Shown here: positions 62,759 through 64,000 of the stretch, piece by piece | Layout of the letters: every line of letters begins with the position of its first letter | Position numbering within the stretch: position 1 is the first letter of the stretch | Sequence record: MH595538.1 | DNA length: 64,000 nt | Direction: 5' to 3' (one strand) | Notes under the pieces: model-generated | Told to the model about the DNA's origin: nothing | The model's database searches: none | Seen by the model: the letters and a program-made list of their open reading frames with translations, nothing else | Made by a program: the position numbers and the translations under genes

Positions 62759-64000
62759 ATGTATCAATTCAAGAAAAGCTATTTCCAACAGGCCAAACAA
62801 TGGCACGAAGTAGACGTCAAGTCCCAAACCCTAGCAGTGCTTTTAACTGCGTACCAAAATGTCTATTTCGTTTTATCAAACAATGAAGATTCTTTCCTGT
62901 ATCTTTATGATCTGAAAGAACAGCGTAGCCATATTGAACCGGATGACCAATCCAAAACTTTAGAAACATGGCTAGGGGAATTCACAACCAATGTACTTAC
63001 TCCTAGTTCTGATCTAATCTATCCTTCTGCTTCAAAAACGGTTTTAATGCGTGATGCTTCTCACTATAAGTTTAAGACTGAAAAGGGCAATGCCGGCTAC
63101 GGCGTAGGCGTACCTGTCCCTAAAGGACTAGATAAGGATCTCATCATTACATCTCCGACACTCAATGACTCGGATAGTCGCCATGTTAAGAATTTGGCTG
63201 TTAATGGATTGTTTGTTATCAATGGTCAAATCTGTAAGCATGCCTATCTTAATGACCAAATTTACATTATTGATGGCGTTGCTAAGTTCGGTGATTCGGT
63301 AGACAATGTTATTTCTGTTATTGACTTTACAAACGTAGGCGGTTTTGATCTTGTTAACTTTACTGAAGACAATATCGTAATAGCCCCTCAAGATGCCTCA
63401 GATCTCTCCAGAGAAAGAACGCGTGTAAGTGTTGCCATCAATGGCAATGTGAATGATTACACGCCTATCGTCGTTATTGACGGCCATATCCATATCATGG
63501 ATGAAACTTACGAGGTCATCTCTTCAGATCGCCTTAAAATAAATCTTGATCATAAATCAATCATTCGTAAAGCTATTCGTTATCCTTTCAATGCTTTGGA
63601 CTATCTTGAGCCTGCTAACGTAAGAGATGAGGGATATCGAAGAGACAGCATTAAGGTAGAAGAGCTATTGACTCAGACCGATAGTTTTGTTTTGTTAGTA
63701 AAGAACAAAAAGCTAGCGATACACCGAGAGTTAATGACTCGCTCCAGCATGCCTGGCTGCTATACTCATTACCGCATGCCAAAAGGCATTATGTTGTTTG
63801 AGGATAAAACAATAGCGCCTTATTATACTGACGGATACAATCAATACCGTGTATCTATTCGGACGATTGATAACCGTAAGCCTAACTATGCGATTGATAA
63901 TCAAGACATAGGTAGTGTAAATGCACCAACGTCCTCTCATACCAGAAGAGGTCCTAATCATTTACTTGAAGCTCACGTCATCGACATCTATGAATTTTAA
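62759..64000 (+). CDS. phiKZ-like virion structural protein
   Basis: Divergent from the paralog cluster; LFVING..C, IDFT.VG and PIVVIDG.IH motifs of phiKZ-like structural proteins (recalled, not searched); complete at the window end. Confidence 0.6.
   Translation: MYQFKKSYFQQAKQWHEVDVKSQTLAVLLTAYQNVYFVLSNNEDSFLYLYDLKEQRSHIEPDDQSKTLETWLGEFTTNVLTPSSDLIYPSASKTVLMRDASHYKFKTEKGNAGYGVGVPVPKGLDKDLIITSPTLNDSDSRHVKNLAVNGLFVINGQICKHAYLNDQIYIIDGVAKFGDSVDNVISVIDFTNVGGFDLVNFTEDNIVIAPQDASDLSRERTRVSVAINGNVNDYTPIVVIDGHIHIMDETYEVISSDRLKINLDHKSIIRKAIRYPFNALDYLEPANVRDEGYRRDSIKVEELLTQTDSFVLLVKNKKLAIHRELMTRSSMPGCYTHYRMPKGIMLFEDKTIAPYYTDGYNQYRVSIRTIDNRKPNYAIDNQDIGSVNAPTSSHTRRGPNHLLEAHVIDIYEF

Noticed and set aside
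1-64000. tRNA genes, CRISPR arrays, diversity-generating retroelement, IS elements
   Set aside because: No cloverleaf with T-loop/CCA, no spaced direct repeats, no reverse transcriptase or TR/VR pair, no transposase seen
1-64000. Stop-codon reassignment
   Set aside because: Known genes are full length under code 11, and TAA, TAG and TGA all end genes

Overview
A 64 kb segment of a phiKZ-like (Chimalliviridae-type) jumbo myophage genome, probably infecting a marine gammaproteobacterium; both the family and the host are inferences from protein motifs. It is gene-dense with standard code 11, and I found no tRNA or CRISPR array. Contents: (i) nucleotide metabolism: tmk, class Ia nrdA and nrdB each split by a group I intron (the nrdB intron carries an HNH homing endonuclease), tandem-domain ThyX, a dNMP kinase, a MazG-like pyrophosphatase and PhoH; (ii) four proteins sharing CBM5/12-like modules: a GH18 chitinase, an SGNH hydrolase, a beta-helix tailspike and a non-catalytic adaptor; (iii) a proteostasis-like toolkit: two N-terminal-Thr (HslV/proteasome-beta-like) proteases each coupled to a probably inactive partner, two tandem AAA+ ATPases, an SPFH lipoprotein, and C39-like and permuted papain-like peptidases; (iv) probable counter-defence and nucleic-acid-processing enzymes: macrodomain, NADAR, Orn-like exonuclease, metallophosphoesterase and HAD phosphatase; (v) a tail/virion module with a 2008-aa fibre and phiKZ-like structural paralogs. 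Best leads: a lambda-type G GGA AAG -1 frameshift extending the second AAA+ ATPase; a possible phage proteasome-like system; a free-standing 72-aa protein ending in an NrdA-like CX4C redox tail; an 85-nt block 94% identical between the two introns with a compensatory base-pair change; the CBM-tagged glycan-degrading set; and a ~1190-aa beta-propeller insertion inside the tail fibre. All domain calls come from motif recognition by eye; no database searches were run.
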